Origin: Eledone cirrhosa
Lineage: Eukaryota
Length of the DNA stretch: 64,000 bases
NCBI GenBank assembly: GCA_964016885.1
Contig: OZ024741.1
Location: 15,686,001-15,750,000, forward strand
Reading direction: 5' to 3'
The translations under genes were made by a program, and so were the position numbers. Below are positions 32,600 through 51,000 of this stretch, one piece after another. Position 1 is the first letter of the stretch, and the number at the start of each line of letters is the position of its first letter. The notes below the pieces were generated by a model. That model worked only from the letters and a program-made list of their open reading frames with translations, searched no databases and was not told where the DNA came from.

Positions 32600-35500
32600 T
32601 ACCACAACAGTAACACTAACAATAACACCAAGTACCACAACAGTAACACTAACAATAACACCAAATACCACAACAGTAACACTAACAATAACACCAAATA
32701 CCACAACAGTAACACTAACAATAACACCAAATACCACAACAGTAATACTAACAATAACACCAAATACCACAACAGTAACACTAACAATAACACCAAATAC
32801 CACAACAGTAACACTAACAATAACACCAAATACCACAGCGGTAACACTAACAATAACACCAAATACCACAACAGTAACACTAACAATAACACCAAATACC
32901 ACTACAGTAACACTAACAATAACACCAAATACCACAACAGTAACACTAACAATAACACCAAATACCACTACAGTAACAATAACAATAACACCAAATACCA
33001 CAAGAGTAACAATAACAATAACACCAAATACCACAACAGTAACACTAACAATAACACCAAATACCACAACAGTAACACTAACAATAACACCAAATACCAC
33101 AACAGTAATACTAACATTAACACCAAATACCACTACAGTAACACTAACAATAACACCAAATACCACAACAGTAACACTAACAATAACACCAAATACCACA
33201 ACAGTAATACTAACAATAACACCAAATACCACTACAGTAACACTAACAATAACACCAAATACCACAACAGTAACACTAACAATGACACCAAATTCTACAA
33301 CAGTAACACTAACAATTACACCAAATACCACAACAGTAACACTAACAATAACACCAAATACCACAACAGTAATACTAACAATAACACCAAATACCACTAC
33401 AGTAACACTAACAATAACACCAAATACTACAACAGTAACACTAACAATAACACCAAATACCACAACAGTAATACTAACAATAACACCAAATACCACTACA
33501 GTAACACTAACAATAACACCAAATACCACAACAATAACACTAACAATAACACCAAATACCACAACAGTAACACTAACAATAACACCAAATACCACAACAG
33601 TAACACTAACAATATCACCAAATACCACTACAGTAACACTAACAATAACACCAAATACCACAACAGTAACACTAACAATAACACCAAATACCACTACAGT
33701 AACAATAACAATAACACCAAATACCACAAGAGTAACAATAACAATAACACCAAATACCACTACAGTAACACTAACAATAACACAAAATACCACAACAGTA
33801 ACACTAACAATATCACCAAATACCACTACAGTAACACTAACAATAACACCAAATACCACTACAGTGACACTAACAATATCACCAAATACCACAACAGTAA
33901 CACTAACAATAACACCAAATACCACAACAGTAACACTAACAGTAACACCAAATACCACAACAGTAACACTAACAATAACACCAAATACCACAACAGTAAC
34001 ACTAACAATGACACCAAATACTAGAACAGTAACACTAACAATTACACCAAATACCACAACAGTAACACTAACGCTAACACCAAATACCACAACAGTAACA
34101 CTAACAATAACACCAAATACCACAACAGTAACACTAACAATAACACTAAATACCACAACAGTAATACTAACAATAATACCAAATACCACAACAGTAACAC
34201 TAACAATTACACCAAATACCACAACAGTAACACTAACGCTAACACCAAATACCACAACAGTAACACTAACAATAACACCAAATACCACAACAGTAACACT
34301 AACAATAACACCAAATACCACAACAGTAACACTAACAATTACACCAAATACCACAACAGTAACACTAACACTAACACCAAATACCACAACAGTAACACTA
34401 ACAATAACACCAAATACCACAACAGTAACACTAACAATAACACCAAATACCACAACAGTAATACTAACAATAACACCAAATACCACAACAGTAACACTAA
34501 CAATAACACCAAATACCACAACTGTAATACTAACAATTACACCAAATACCACAAAAGTAACACTAACAATAACACCAAATACCACAACAGTAACACTAAC
34601 AATAACACCAAATACCACTACAGTAACAATAACAATAACACCAAATACCACAAGAGTAACAATAACAATAACACCAAATACCACAACAGTAACACTAACA
34701 ATAACACCAAATACCACAACAGTAACACTAACAATAACACCAAATACCACAACAGTAATACTAACATTAACACCAAATACCACTACAGTAACACTAACAA
34801 TAACACCAAATACCACAACAGTAACACTAACAATAACACCAAATACCACAACAGTAATACTAACAATAACACCAAATACCACTACAGTAACACTAACAAT
34901 AACACCAAATACCACAACAGTAACACTAACAATGACACCAAATACTACAACAGTAACACTAACAATTACACCAAATACCACAACAGTAACACTAACAATA
35001 ACACCAAATACCACAACAGTAATACTAACAATAACACCAAATACCACTACAGTAACACTAACAATAACACCAAATACTACAACAGTAACACTAACAATAA
35101 CACCAAATACCACAACAGTAATACTAACAATAACACCAAATACCACTAGAGTAACACTAACAATAACACCAAATACCACAACAATAACACTAACAATAAC
35201 ACCAAATACCACAACAGTAACACTAACAATAACACCAAATACCACAACAGTAACACTAACAATAACACCAAGTACCACAACAGTAACACTAACAATAACA
35301 CCAAATACCACAACAGTAACACTAACAATAACACCAAATACCACAACAGTAACACTAACAATAACACCAAATACCACAACAGTAATACTAACAATAACAC
35401 CAAATACCACAACAGTAACACTAACAATAACACCAAATACCACAACAGTAACACTAACAATAACACCAAATACCACAGCGGTAACACTAACAATAACACC

Positions 35501-38500
35501 AAATACCACAACAGTAACACTAACAATAACACCAAATACCACAACAGTAACACTAACAATAACACCAAATACCACAACAGTAATACTAACATTAACACCA
35601 AATACCACTACAGTAACACTAACAATAACACCAAATACCACAACAGTAACACTAACAATAACACCAAATACCACAACAGTAATACTAACAATAACACCAA
35701 ATACCACTACAGTAACACTAACAATAACACCAAATACCACAACAGTAACACTAACAATGACACCAAATACTACAACAGTAACACTAACAATTACACCAAA
35801 TACCACAACAGTAACACTAACAATAACACCAAATACCACAACAGTAATACTAACAATAACACCAAATACCACTACAGTAACACTAACAATAACACCAAAT
35901 ACTACAACAGTAACACTAACAATAACACCAAATACCACAACAGTAATACTAACAATAACACCAAATACCACTAGAGTAACACTAACAATAACACCAAATA
36001 CCACAACAATAACACTAACAATAACACCAAATACCACAACAGTAACACTAACAATAACACCAAATACCACAACAGTAACACTAACAATAACACCAAGTAC
36101 CACAACAGTAACACTAACAATAACACCAAATACCACAACAGTAACACTAACAATAACACCAAATACCACAACAGTAACACTAACAATAACACCAAATACC
36201 ACAACAGTAATACTAACAATAACACCAAATACCACAACAGTAACACTAACAATAACACCAAATACCACAACAGTAACACTAACAATAACACCAAATACCA
36301 CAGCGGTAACACTAACAATAACACCAAATACCACAACAGTAACACTAACAATAACACCAAATACCACTACAGTAACACTAACAATAACACCAAATACCAC
36401 AACAGTAACACTAACAATAACACCAAATACCACTACAGTAACAATAACAATAACACCAAATACCACAAGAGTAACAATAACAATAACACCAAATACCACA
36501 ACAGTAACACTAACAATAACACCAAATACCACAACAGTAACACTAACAATAACACCAAATACCACAACAGTAATACTAACATTAACACCAAATACCACTA
36601 CAGTAACACTAACAATAACACCAAATACCACAACAGTAACACTAACAATAACACCAAATACCACAACAGTAATACTAACAATAACACCAAATACCACTAC
36701 AGTAACACTAACAATAACACCAAATACCACAACAGTAACACTAACAATGACACCAAATTCTACAACAGTAACACTAACAATTACACCAAATACCACAACA
36801 GTAACACTAACAATAACACCAAATACCACAACAGTAATACTAACAATAACACCAAATACCACTACAGTAACACTAACAATAACACCAAATACTACAACAG
36901 TAACACTAACAATAACACCAAATACCACAACAGTAATACTAACAATAACACCAAATACCACTACAGTAACACTAACAATAACACCAAATACCACAACAAT
37001 AACACTAACAATAACACCAAATACCACAACAGTAACACTAACAATAACACCAAATACCACAACAGTAACACTAACAATATCACCAAATACCACTACAGTA
37101 ACACTAACAATAACACCAAATACCACAACAGTAACACTAACAATAACACCAAATACCACTACAGTAACAATAACAATAACACCAAATACCACAAGAGTAA
37201 CAATAACAATAACACCAAATACCACTACAGTAACACTAACAATAACACAAAATACCACAACAGTAACACTAACAATATCACCAAATACCACTACAGTAAC
37301 ACTAACAATAACACCAAATACCACTACAGTGACACTAACAATATCACCAAATACCACAACAGTAACACTAACAATAACACCAAATACCACAACAGTAACA
37401 CTAACAGTAACACCAAATACCACAACAGTAACACTAACAATAACACCAAATACCACAACAGTAACACTAACAATGACACCAAATACTAGAACAGTAACAC
37501 TAACAATTACACCAAATACCACAACAGTAACACTAACGCTAACACCAAATACCACAACAGTAACACTAACAATAACACCAAATACCACAACAGTAACACT
37601 AACAATAACACTAAATACCACAACAGTAATACTAACAATAATACCAAATACCACAACAGTAACACTAACAATTACACCAAATACCACAACAGTAACACTA
37701 ACGCTAACACCAAATACCACAACAGTAACACTAACAATAACACCAAATACCACAACAGTAACACTAACAATAACACCAAATACCACAACAGTAACACTAA
37801 CAATTACACCAAATACCACAACAGTAACACTAACACTAACACCAAATACCACAACAGTAACACTAACAATAACACCAAATACCACAACAGTAACACTAAC
37901 AATAACACCAAATACCACAACAGTAATACTAACAATAACACCAAATACCACAACAGTAACACTAACAATAACACCAAATACCACAACTGTAATACTAACA
38001 ATTACACCAAATACCACAAAAGTAACACTAACAATAACACCAAATACCACAACAGTAACACTAACAATAACACCAAATACCACTACAGTAACAATAACAA
38101 TAACACCAAATACCACAAGAGTAACAATAACAATAACACCAAATACCACAACAGTAACACTAACAATAACACCAAATACCACAACAGTAACACTAACAAT
38201 AACACCAAATACCACAACAGTAATACTAACATTAACACCAAATACCACTACAGTAACACTAACAATAACACCAAATACCACAACAGTAACACTAACAATA
38301 ACACCAAATACCACAACAGTAATACTAACAATAACACCAAATACCACTACAGTAACACTAACAATAACACCAAATACCACAACAGTAACACTAACAATGA
38401 CACCAAATACTACAACAGTAACACTAACAATTACACCAAATACCACAACAGTAACACTAACAATAACACCAAATACCACAACAGTAATACTAACAATAAC

Positions 38501-38690
38501 ACCAAATACCACTACAGTAACACTAACAATAACACCAAATACTACAACAGTAACACTAACAATAACACCAAATACCACAACAGTAATACTAACAATAACA
38601 CCAAATACCACTAGAGTAACACTAACAATAACACCAAATACCACAACAATAACACTAACAATAACACCAAATACCACAACAGTAACACTA
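32600..38690. repeat. Duplication at 105-monomer offset (3,465 bp) with an intervening 25-monomer (825 bp) duplication
   Basis: AATTCT 33291/36756, AGTAACACCA 33941/37406, CCACTAGAGT 35143/35968/38608. Confidence 0.9.
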
Positions 38691-41600
38691 ACAATATCAC
38701 CAAATACCACTACAGTAACACTAACAATAACACCAAATACCACAACAGTAACACTAACAATAACACCAAATACCACAACGGTAACACTAACAATAACACC
38801 AAATACCACAACAGTAACACTAACAATAACACCAAATACCACTACAGTAACACTAACAATAACACAAAATACCACAACAGTAACACTAACAATATCACCA
38901 AATACCACTACAGTAACACTAACAATAACACCAAATACCACTACAGTAACACTAACAATATCACCAAATACCACAACAGTAACACTAACAATAACACCAA
39001 ATACCACAACAGTAACACTAACAATAACACCAAATACCACAACAGTAACACTAACAATAACACCAAATACCACAACAGTAACACTAACAATGACACCAAA
39101 TACTAGAACAGTAACACTAACAATTACACCAAATACCACAACAGTAACACTAACACTAACACCAAATACCACAACAGTAACACTAACAATAACACCAAAT
39201 ACCACAACAGTAACACTAACAATAACACTAAATACCACAACAGTAATACTAACAATAATACCAAATACCACAACAGTAACACTAACAATTACACCAAATA
39301 CCACAACAGTAGCACTAACTCTAACACCAAATACCACAACAGTAACACTAACAATAACACCAAATACCACAACAGTAACACTAACAATAACACCAAATAC
39401 CACAACAGTAACACTAACAATTACACCAAATTCCACAACAGTAACACTAACACTAACACCAAATACCACAACAGTAACACTAACAATAACACCAAATACC
39501 ACAACAGTAACACTAACAATAACACCAAATACCACAACAGTAATACTAACAATAACACCAAATACCACAACAGTAACACTAACAATAACACCAAATACCA
39601 CAACTGTAATACTAACAATTACACCAAATACCACAAAAGTAAAACTAACAATAACACCAAATACCACAACTGTAATACTAACAATTACACCAAATACCAC
39701 AACTGTAATACTAACAATTACACCAAATACCACAACAGTAACACTAACAATATCACCAAATACCACTACAGTAACACTAACAATAACACCAAATACCACA
39801 ACAGTAACACTAACAATAACACCAAATACCACTACAGTAATACTAACAATAACACCAAATACCACAACAGTAACACTAACCATAACACCAAATACCACAA
39901 CAGTAACACTAACAATAACAACAAATACCACAACAGTAACACTAACCATAACACCAAATACCACAACAGTAATACTAACAATAACACCAATTACCACAAC
40001 AGTAATACTAACAATAACACCAAATACCACAACAGTATTACTAACAATAACACCAAATACCACAACAGTAACACTAACAATAACACCAAATACCACAGCG
40101 GTAACACTAACAATAACACCAAATACCACAACAGTAACACTAACAATAACACCAAATACCACTACAGTAACACTAACAATAACACTAAATACCACAACAG
40201 TAACACTAACAATAACACCAAATACCACTACAGTAACAATAACAATAACACCAAATACCACAAGAGTAACAATAACAATAACAACAAATACCACAACAGT
40301 AACACTAAAAATAACACCAAATATCACAACAGTAATAATAACAATAACACCAAATACCACTACAGTAACACTAACAATAACACCAAATACCACAACAATA
40401 ACACTAACAATAACACCAAATACCACAACAGTAATACTAACAATAACACCAAATACCACTACAGTAACACTAACAATAACACCAAATACCACAACAGTAA
40501 CACTAACAATATCACCAAATACCACAACAGTAACACTAACAATAACACCAAATACCACAACAGTAACACTAACAATATCACCAAATACCACTACAGTAAC
40601 ACTAACAATAACACCAAATACCACAACAGTAACACTAACAATAACACCAAATACCACAACAGTAACACTAACAATTACACCAAATACCACAACAGTAACA
40701 CTAACACTAACACCAAATACCACAACAGTAACACTAACAATAACACCAAATACCACAACGGTAACACTAACAATAACACCAAATACCACAACAGTAACAC
40801 TAACAATAACACCAAATACCACTACAGTAACACTAACAATAACACCAAATACCACAACAGTAACACTAACAATATCACCAATTACCACTACAGTAACACT
40901 AACAATAACACCAAATACCACTACAGTAACACTAACAATATCACCAAATACCACAACAGTAACACTAACAATAACACCAAATACCACAACAGTAACACAA
41001 ACAATAACACCAAATACCACAACAGTAACACTAACAATAACACCAAATACCACAACAGTAACACTAACAATGACACCAAATACTTCAACAGTAACACTAA
41101 CAATAACACCAAATACCACAGCGGTACCACTAACAATAACACCAAATACCACAACAGTAACACTAACAATAACACCAAATACCACTACAGTAACACTAAC
41201 AATAACACCAAATACCACAACAGTAACACTAACAATAACACCAAATACCACTACAGTAACAATAACAATAACACCAAATACCACAAGAGTAACAATAACA
41301 ATAACACCAAATACCACAACAGTAACACTAACAATAACACCAAATACCACAACAGTAACACTAACAATAACACCAAATACCACAACAGTAATACTAACAA
41401 TAACACCAAATACCACTACAGTAACACTAACAATAACACCAAATACCACAACAGTAACACTAACAATAACACCAAATACCACAACAGTAATACTAACAAT
41501 AACACCAAATACCACTACAGTAACACTAACAATAACACCAAATACCACAACAGTAACACTAACAATGACACCAAATACTACAACAATAACACTAACAATT

Positions 41601-44600
41601 ACACCAAATACCACAACAGTAACACTAACAAAAACACCAAATACCACAACAGTAATACTAACAATAACACCAAATACCACTACAGTAACACTAACAATAA
41701 CACCAAATACTACAACAGTAACACTAACAATAACACCAAATACCACAACAGTAATACTAACAATAACACCAAATACCACTACAGTAACACTAACAATAAC
41801 ACCAAATACCACAACAATAACACTAACAATAACACCAAATACCACAACAGTAACACTAACAATATCACCAAATACCACTACAGTAACACTAACAATAACA
41901 CCAAATACCACAACAGTAACACTAACAATAACACCAAATACCACAACGGTAACACTAACAATAACACCAAATACCACAACAGTAACACTAACAATAACAC
42001 CAAATACCACTACAGTAACACTAACAATAACACAAAATACCACAACAGTAACACTAACAATATCACCAAATACCACTACAGTAACACTAACAATAAAACC
42101 AAATACCACTACAGTAACACTAACAATATCACCAAATACCACAACAGTAACACTAACAATAACACCAAATACCACAACAGTAACACTAACAATAACACCA
42201 AATACCACAACAGTAACACTAACAATAACACCAAATACCACAACAGTAACACTAACAATGACACCAAATACTACAACAGTAACACTAACAATTACACCAA
42301 ATACCACAACAGTAACACTAACACTAACACCAAATACCACAACGGTAACACTAACAATAACACCAAATACCACAACAGTAACACTAACAATAACACTAAA
42401 TACCACAACAGTAATACTAACAATAATACCAAATACCACAACAGTAACACTAACAATTACACCAAATACCACATAAGTAACACTAACGCTAACACCAAAT
42501 ACCACAACAGTAACACTAACAATAACACCAAATACCACAACAGTAACACTAACAATAACACCAAGTACCACAACAGTAACACTAACAATTACACCAAATA
42601 CCACAACAGTAACACTAACACTAACACCAAATACCACAACAGTAACACTAACAATAACACCAAATACCACAACAGTAACACTAACAATAACACCAAATAC
42701 CACAACAGTAATACTAACAATAGCACCAAATACCACAACAGTAACACTAACAATAACACCAAATACCACAACTGTAATACTAACAATTACACCAAATACC
42801 ACAAAAGTAACACTAACAATAACACCAAATACCACAACAGTAACACTAACAATATCACCAAATACCACTACAGTAACACTAACAATAACACCAAATACCA
42901 CAACAGTAACACTAACAATAACACCAAATACCACTACAGTAATACTAACAATAACACCAAATACCACAACAGTAACACTAACCATAACACCAAATACCAC
43001 AACAGTAACACTAACAATAACAACAAATACCACAACAGTAACACTAACCATAACACCAAATACCACAACAGTAATACTAACAATAACACCAAATACCACA
43101 ACAGTAACACTAACAATAACACCAAATACCACAACAGTAATACTAACAATAACACCAAATACCAGAACAGTATTACTAACAATAACACCAAATACCACAA
43201 CAGTAACACTAACAATAACACCAAATACCACAACAGTAACACTAACAATAACACCAAATACCACAGCGGTAACACTAACAATAACACCAAATACCACAAC
43301 AGTAATACTAACAATAACACCAAATACCACTACAGTAACACTAACAATAACACCAAATACCACAACAGTAACACTAACAATAACACCAAATACCACTACA
43401 GTAACAATAACAATAACACCAAATACCACAAGAGTAACAATAACAATAACAACAAATACCACAACAGTAACACTAACAATAACACCAAATATCACAACAG
43501 TAATACTAATAATAACACCAAATACCACTACAGTAACACTAACAATAACACCAAATACCACAACAGTAACACTAACAATAACACCAAATACCACAACTGT
43601 AATACTAACAATAACACCAAATACCACTACAGTAACACTAACAATAACACCAAATACCACAACAGTAACACTAACAATATCACCAAATACCACAACAGTA
43701 ACACTAACAATAACACCAAATACCACAACAGTAACACTAACAATATCACCAAATACCACTACAGTAACACTAACAATAACACCAAATACCACAACAGTAA
43801 CACTAACACTAACACCAAATACCACAACAGTAACACTAACAATAACACCAAATACCACAACGGTAACACTAACAATAACACCAAATACCACAACAGTAAC
43901 ACTAACAATAACACCAAATACCACATCAGTAACACAAACAATAACACCAAATACCACAACAGTAACACTAACAATAACACCAAATACCACAACAGTAACA
44001 CTAACAATGACACCAAATACTACAACAGTAGCACTAACAATTACACCAAATACCACAACAGTAACACTAACAATATCACCAAATACCACTACAGTAACAC
44101 TAACAATAACACCAAATACCACAACAGTAACACTAACAATAACACCAAATACCACTACAGTTATACTAACAATAACACCAAATACCACAACAGTAACACT
44201 AACCATAACACCAAATACCACAACAGTAACACTAACAATAACAACAAATACCACAACAGTAACACTAACCATAACACCAAATACCACAACAGTAATACTA
44301 ACAATAACACCAAATACCACAACAGTAACACTAACAATAACACCAAATACCACAACAGTAATACTAACAATAACACCAAATACCACAACAGTATTACTAA
44401 CAATAACACCAAATACCACAACAGTAACACTAACAATAACACCAAATACCACAACAGTAACACTAACAATAACACCAAATACCACAGCGGTAACACTAAC
44501 AATAACACCAAATACCACAACAGTAACACTAACAATAACACCAAATACCACTACAGTAACACTAACAATAACACCAAATACCACAACAGTAACACTAACA

Positions 44601-47600
44601 ATAACACCAAATACCACTACAGTAACAATAACAATAACACCAAATACCACAAGAGTAACAATAACAATAACAACAAATACCACAACAGTAACAATAACAA
44701 TAACACCAAATACCACAACAGTAACACTAACAATAACACCAAATACCACTACAGTAACACTAACAATAACACCAAATACCACAACAGTAACACTAACAAT
44801 ATCACCAAATACCACTACAGTAACACTAACAATAACACCAAATACCACTACAGTAACACTAACAATATCACCAAATACCACAACAGTAACACTAACAATA
44901 ACACCAAATACCACAACAGTAACACAAACAATAACACCAAATACCACAACAGTAACACTAACAATAACACCAAATACCACAACAGTAACACTAAAAATGA
45001 CACCAAATACTACAACAGTAACACTAACAATAACACCAAATACCACAGCGGTAACACTAACAATAACACCAAATACCACAACAGTAACACTAACAATAAC
45101 ACCAAATACCACTACAGTAACACTAACAATAACACCAAATACCACAACAGTAACACTAACAATAACACCAAATACCACTACAGTAACAATAACAATAACA
45201 CCAAATACCACAAGAGTAACAATAACAATAACACCAAATACCACAACAGTAACACTAACAATAACACCAAATACCACAACAGTAACTTTACCAATAACAC
45301 CAAATACCACAACAGTAATACTAACAATAACACCAAATACCACTACAGTAACACTAACAATAACACCAAATACCACAACAGTAACACTAACAATAACACC
45401 AAATACCACAACAGTAATACTAACAATAACACCAAATACCACTACAGTAACACTAACAATAACACCAAATACCACAACAGTAACACTAACAATGACACCA
45501 AATACTACAACAGTAACACTAACAATTACACCAAATACCACAACAGTAACACTAACAATAACACCAAATACCACAACAGTAATACTAACAATAACACCAA
45601 ATACCACTTCAGTAACACTAACAATAACACCAAATACTACAACAGTAACACTAACAATAACACCAAATACCACAACAGTAATACTAACAATAACACCAAA
45701 TACCACTACAGTAACACTAACAATAACACCAAATACCACAACAATAACACTAACAATAACACCAAATACCACAACAGTAACACTAACAATATCACCAAAT
45801 ACCACTACAGTAACACTAACAATAACACCAAATACCACAACAGTAACACTAACAATAACACCAAATACCACAACGGTAACACTAACAATAACACCAAATA
45901 CCACAACAGTAACACTAACAATAACACCAAATACCACAACAGTAACACTAACACTAACACCAAATACCACAACAGTAACACTAACAATAACACCAAATAC
46001 CACAACAGTAACACTAACAATAACACTAAATACCACAACAGTAATACTAACAATAATACCAAATACCACAACAGTAACACTAACAATTACACCAAATACC
46101 ACAACAGTAACACTAACGCTAACACCAAATACCACAACAGTAACACTAACAATAACACCAAATACCACAACAGTAACACTAACAATAACACCAAATACCA
46201 CAACAGTAACACTAACAATTACACCAAATACCACAACAGTAACACTAACACTAACACCAAATACCACAACAGTAACACTAACAATAACACCAAATACCAC
46301 AACAGTAACACTAACAATAACACCAAATACCACAACAGTAATACTAACAATAACACCAAATACCACAACAGTAACACTAACAATAACACCAAATACCACA
46401 ACTGTAATACTAACAATTACACCAAATACCACAAAAGTAACACTAACAATAACACCAAATACCACAACAGTAACACTAACAATATCACCAAATACCACTA
46501 CAGTAACACTAACAATAACACCAAATACCACAACAGTAACACTAACAATAACACCAAATACCACTACATTAATACTAACAATAACACCAAATACCACAAC
46601 AGTAACACTAACCATAACACCAAATACCACAACAGTAACACTAACAATAACAACAAATACCACAACAGTAACACTAACCATAACACCAAATACCACAACA
46701 GTAATACTAACAATAACACCAAATACCACAACAGTAACACTAACAATAACACCAAATACCACAACAGTAATACTAACAATAACACCAAATACCACAACAG
46801 TATTACTAACAATAACACCAAATACCACAACAGTAACACTAACAATAACACCAAATACCACAACAGTAACACTAACAATAACACCAAATACCACAGCGGT
46901 AACACTAACAATAACACCAAATACCACAACAGTAACACTAACAATAACACCAAATACCACTACAGTAACACTAACAATAACACCAAATACCACAACAGTA
47001 ACACTAACAATAACACCAAATACCACTACAGTAACAATAACAATAACACCAAATACCACAAGAGTAACAATAACAATAACAACAAATACCACAACAGTAA
47101 CACTAACAATAACACCAAATATCACAACAGTAATACTAATAATAACACCAAATACCACTACAGTAACACTAACAATAACACCAAATACCACAACAGTAAC
47201 ACTAACAATAACACCAAATACCACAACAGTAATACTAATAATAACACCAAATACCACTACAGTAACACTAACAATAACACCAAATACCACAACAGTAACA
47301 CTAACAATATCACCAAATACCACAACAGTAACACTAACAATAACACCAAATACCACAACAGTAACACTAACAATATCACCAAATACCACTACAGTAACAC
47401 TAACAATAACACCAAATACCACAACAGTAACACTAACAATAACACCAAATACCACAACAGTAACACTAACAATTACACCAAATACCACAACAGTAACACT
47501 AACACTAACACCAAATACCACAACAGTAACACTAACAATAACACCAAATACCACAACGGTAACACTAACAATAACACCAAATACCACAACAGTAACACTA

Positions 47601-48099
47601 ACAATAACACCAAATACCACTACAGTAACACTAACAATAACACCAAATACCACAACAGTAACACTAACAATATCACCAAATACCACTACAGTAACACTAA
47701 CAATAACACCAAATACCACAACACTAACACTAACAATAACACCAAATACCACAACAGTAACACTAACAATAACACCAAATACCACAACAGTAACACAAAC
47801 AATAACACCAAATACCACAACAGTAACACTAACAATAACACCAAATACCACAACAGTAACACTAACAATGACACCAAATACTACAACAGTAACACTAACA
47901 ATTACACCAAATACCACAACAGTAACACTAACACTAACACCAAATACCACAACAGTAACACTAACAATAACACCAAATACCACAACAGTAACACTAACAA
48001 TAACACTAAATACCACAACAGTAATACTAACAATAATACCAAATACCACAACAGTAACACTAACAATTACACCAAATACCACAACAGTAACACTAACGC

Positions 48100-51000
48100 T
48101 AACACCAAATACCACAACAGTAACACTAACAATAACACCAAATACCACAACAGTAACACTAACAATAACACCAAATACCACAACAGTAACACTAACAATT
48201 ACACCAAATACCACAACAGTAACACTAACACTAACACCAAATACCACAACAGTAACACTAACAATAACACCAAATACCACAGCAGTAACACTAACAATAA
48301 CACCAAATACCACAACAGTAGTACTAACAATAACACCAAATACCACAACAGTAACACTAACAATAACACCAAATACCACAACTGTAATACTAACAATTAC
48401 ACCAAATACCACAAAAGTAACACTAACAATAACACCAAATACCACAACAGTAACACTAACAATATCAACAAATACCACTACAGTAACACTAACAATAACA
48501 CCAAATACCACAACAGTAACACTAACAATAACACCAAATACCACTACAGTAATACTAACAATAACACCAAATACCACAACAGTAACACTAACCATAACAC
48601 CAAATACCACAACAATAACACTAACAATAACAACAAATACCACAACAGTAACACTAACCATAACACCAAATACCACAACAGTAATACTAACAATAACACC
48701 AAATACCACAACAGTAACACTAACAATAACACCAAATACCACAACAGTAATACTAACAATAACACCAAATACCACAACAGTATTACTAACAATAACACCA
48801 AATACCACAACAGTAACACTAACAATAACACCAAATACCACAACAGTAACACTAACAATAACACCAAATACCACAGCGGTAACACTAACAATAACACCAA
48901 ATACCACAACAGTAACACTAACAATAACACCAAATACCACTACAGTAACACTAACAATAACACCAAATACCACAACAGCAACACTAACAATAACACCAAA
49001 TACCACTACAGTAACAATAACAATAACACCAAATACCACAAGAGTAACAATAACAATAACAACAAATACCACAACAGTAACACTAACAATAACACCAAAT
49101 ATCACAACAGTAATACTAACAATAACACCAAATACCACTACAGTAACACTAACAATAACACCAAATACCACAACAGTAACACTAACAATAACACCAAATA
49201 CCACAACAGTAATACTAACAATAACACCAAATACCACTACAGTAACACTAACAATAACACCAAATACCACAACAGTAACACTAACAATATCACCAAATAC
49301 CACAACAGTAACACTAACAATAACACCAAATACCACAACAGTAACACTAACAATATCACCAAATACCACTACAGTAACACTAACAATAACACCAAATACC
49401 ACAACAGTAACACTAACAATAACACCAAATACCACAACGGTAACACTAACAATAACACCAAATACCACAACAGTAACACTAACAATAACACCAAATACCA
49501 CTACAGTAACACTAACAATAACACCAAATACCACAACAGTAACACTAACAATATCACCAAATACCACTACAGTAACACTAACAATAACAGCAAATACCAC
49601 TACAGTAACACTAACAATATCACCGAATACCACAACAGTAACACTAACAATAACACCAAATACCACAACAGTAACACAAACAATAACACCAAATACCACA
49701 ACAGTAACACTAACAATAACACCAAATACCACAACAGTAACACTAACAATGACACCAAATAATACAACAGTAACACTAACAATTACACCAAATATCACAA
49801 CAGTAACACTAACACTAACACCAAATACCACAACAGTAACACTAACAATAACACCAAATACCACAACAGTAACACTAACAATAACACTAAATACCACAAC
49901 AGTAATACTAACAATAATACCAAATACCACAACAGTAACACTAACAATTACACCAAATACCACAACAGTAACACTAACACTAACACCAAATACCACAACA
50001 GTAACACTAACAATAACACCAAATACCACAACAGTAACACTAACAATAACACCAAATACCACAACAGTAACACTAACAATTACACCAAATACCACAACAG
50101 TAACACTAACACTAACACCAAATACCACAACAGTAACACTAACAATAACACCAAATACCACAACAGTAACACTAACAATAACACCAAATACCACAACAGT
50201 AATACTAACAATAACACCAAATACCACAACAGTAACACTAACAATAACACCAAATACCACAACAGTAACACTAACAATATCACCAATTACCACTACAGTA
50301 ACACTAACAATAACACCAAATACCACAACAGTAACACTAACAATAACACCAAATACCACTACAGTAATACTAACAATAACACCAAATACCACAACAGTAA
50401 CACTAACCATAACACCAAATACCACAACAGTAACACTAACAATAACACCAAATACCACAACAGTAACACTAACCATAACACCAAATACCACAACAGTAAT
50501 ACTAACAATAACACCAAATACCACAACAGTAACACTAACAATAACACCAAATACCACAACAGTAATACTAACAATAACACCAAATACCACAACTGTAATA
50601 CTAACAATAACACCAAATACCACAACAGTAACACTAACAATAACACCAAATACCACTACAGTAATACTAACAATAACACCAAATACCACAACAGTAACAC
50701 TAACAATAACACCAAATACCACAACAGTAATACTAACAATAACACCAAATACCACTACAGTAATACTAACAATAACACCAAATACCACAACAGTAACACT
50801 AACAATAACACCAAATACCACAACACTAACACTAACAATTACACCAAATACCACAACAGTAACACTAACACTAACACCAAATACCACAACAGTAACACTA
50901 ACAATAACACCAAATACCACAACAGTAACACTAACAATAACACCAAATACCACAACAGTAATACTAACAATAACACCAAATACCACAACAGTAACACTAA

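Larger units (their letters stand above)
22644..42476 (+). other. Longest called stop-free stretch of the Thr-rich frame, (TVTLTITPNTT)n, 6,610 codons; coding status unsupported
   Basis: From the ORF track. The start is only a GTA>GTG monomer variant and the stop is a single ACA>TAA change. No signal peptide, non-repeat domain or unique flank. Confidence 0.12.

Noticed and set aside
1298-42476. Six tandem Thr-rich genes, each ending in TAA
   Set aside because: Starts are GTG monomer variants and stops are frameshift or nonsense mutations. There is no intergenic, promoter or signal-peptide sequence between them.
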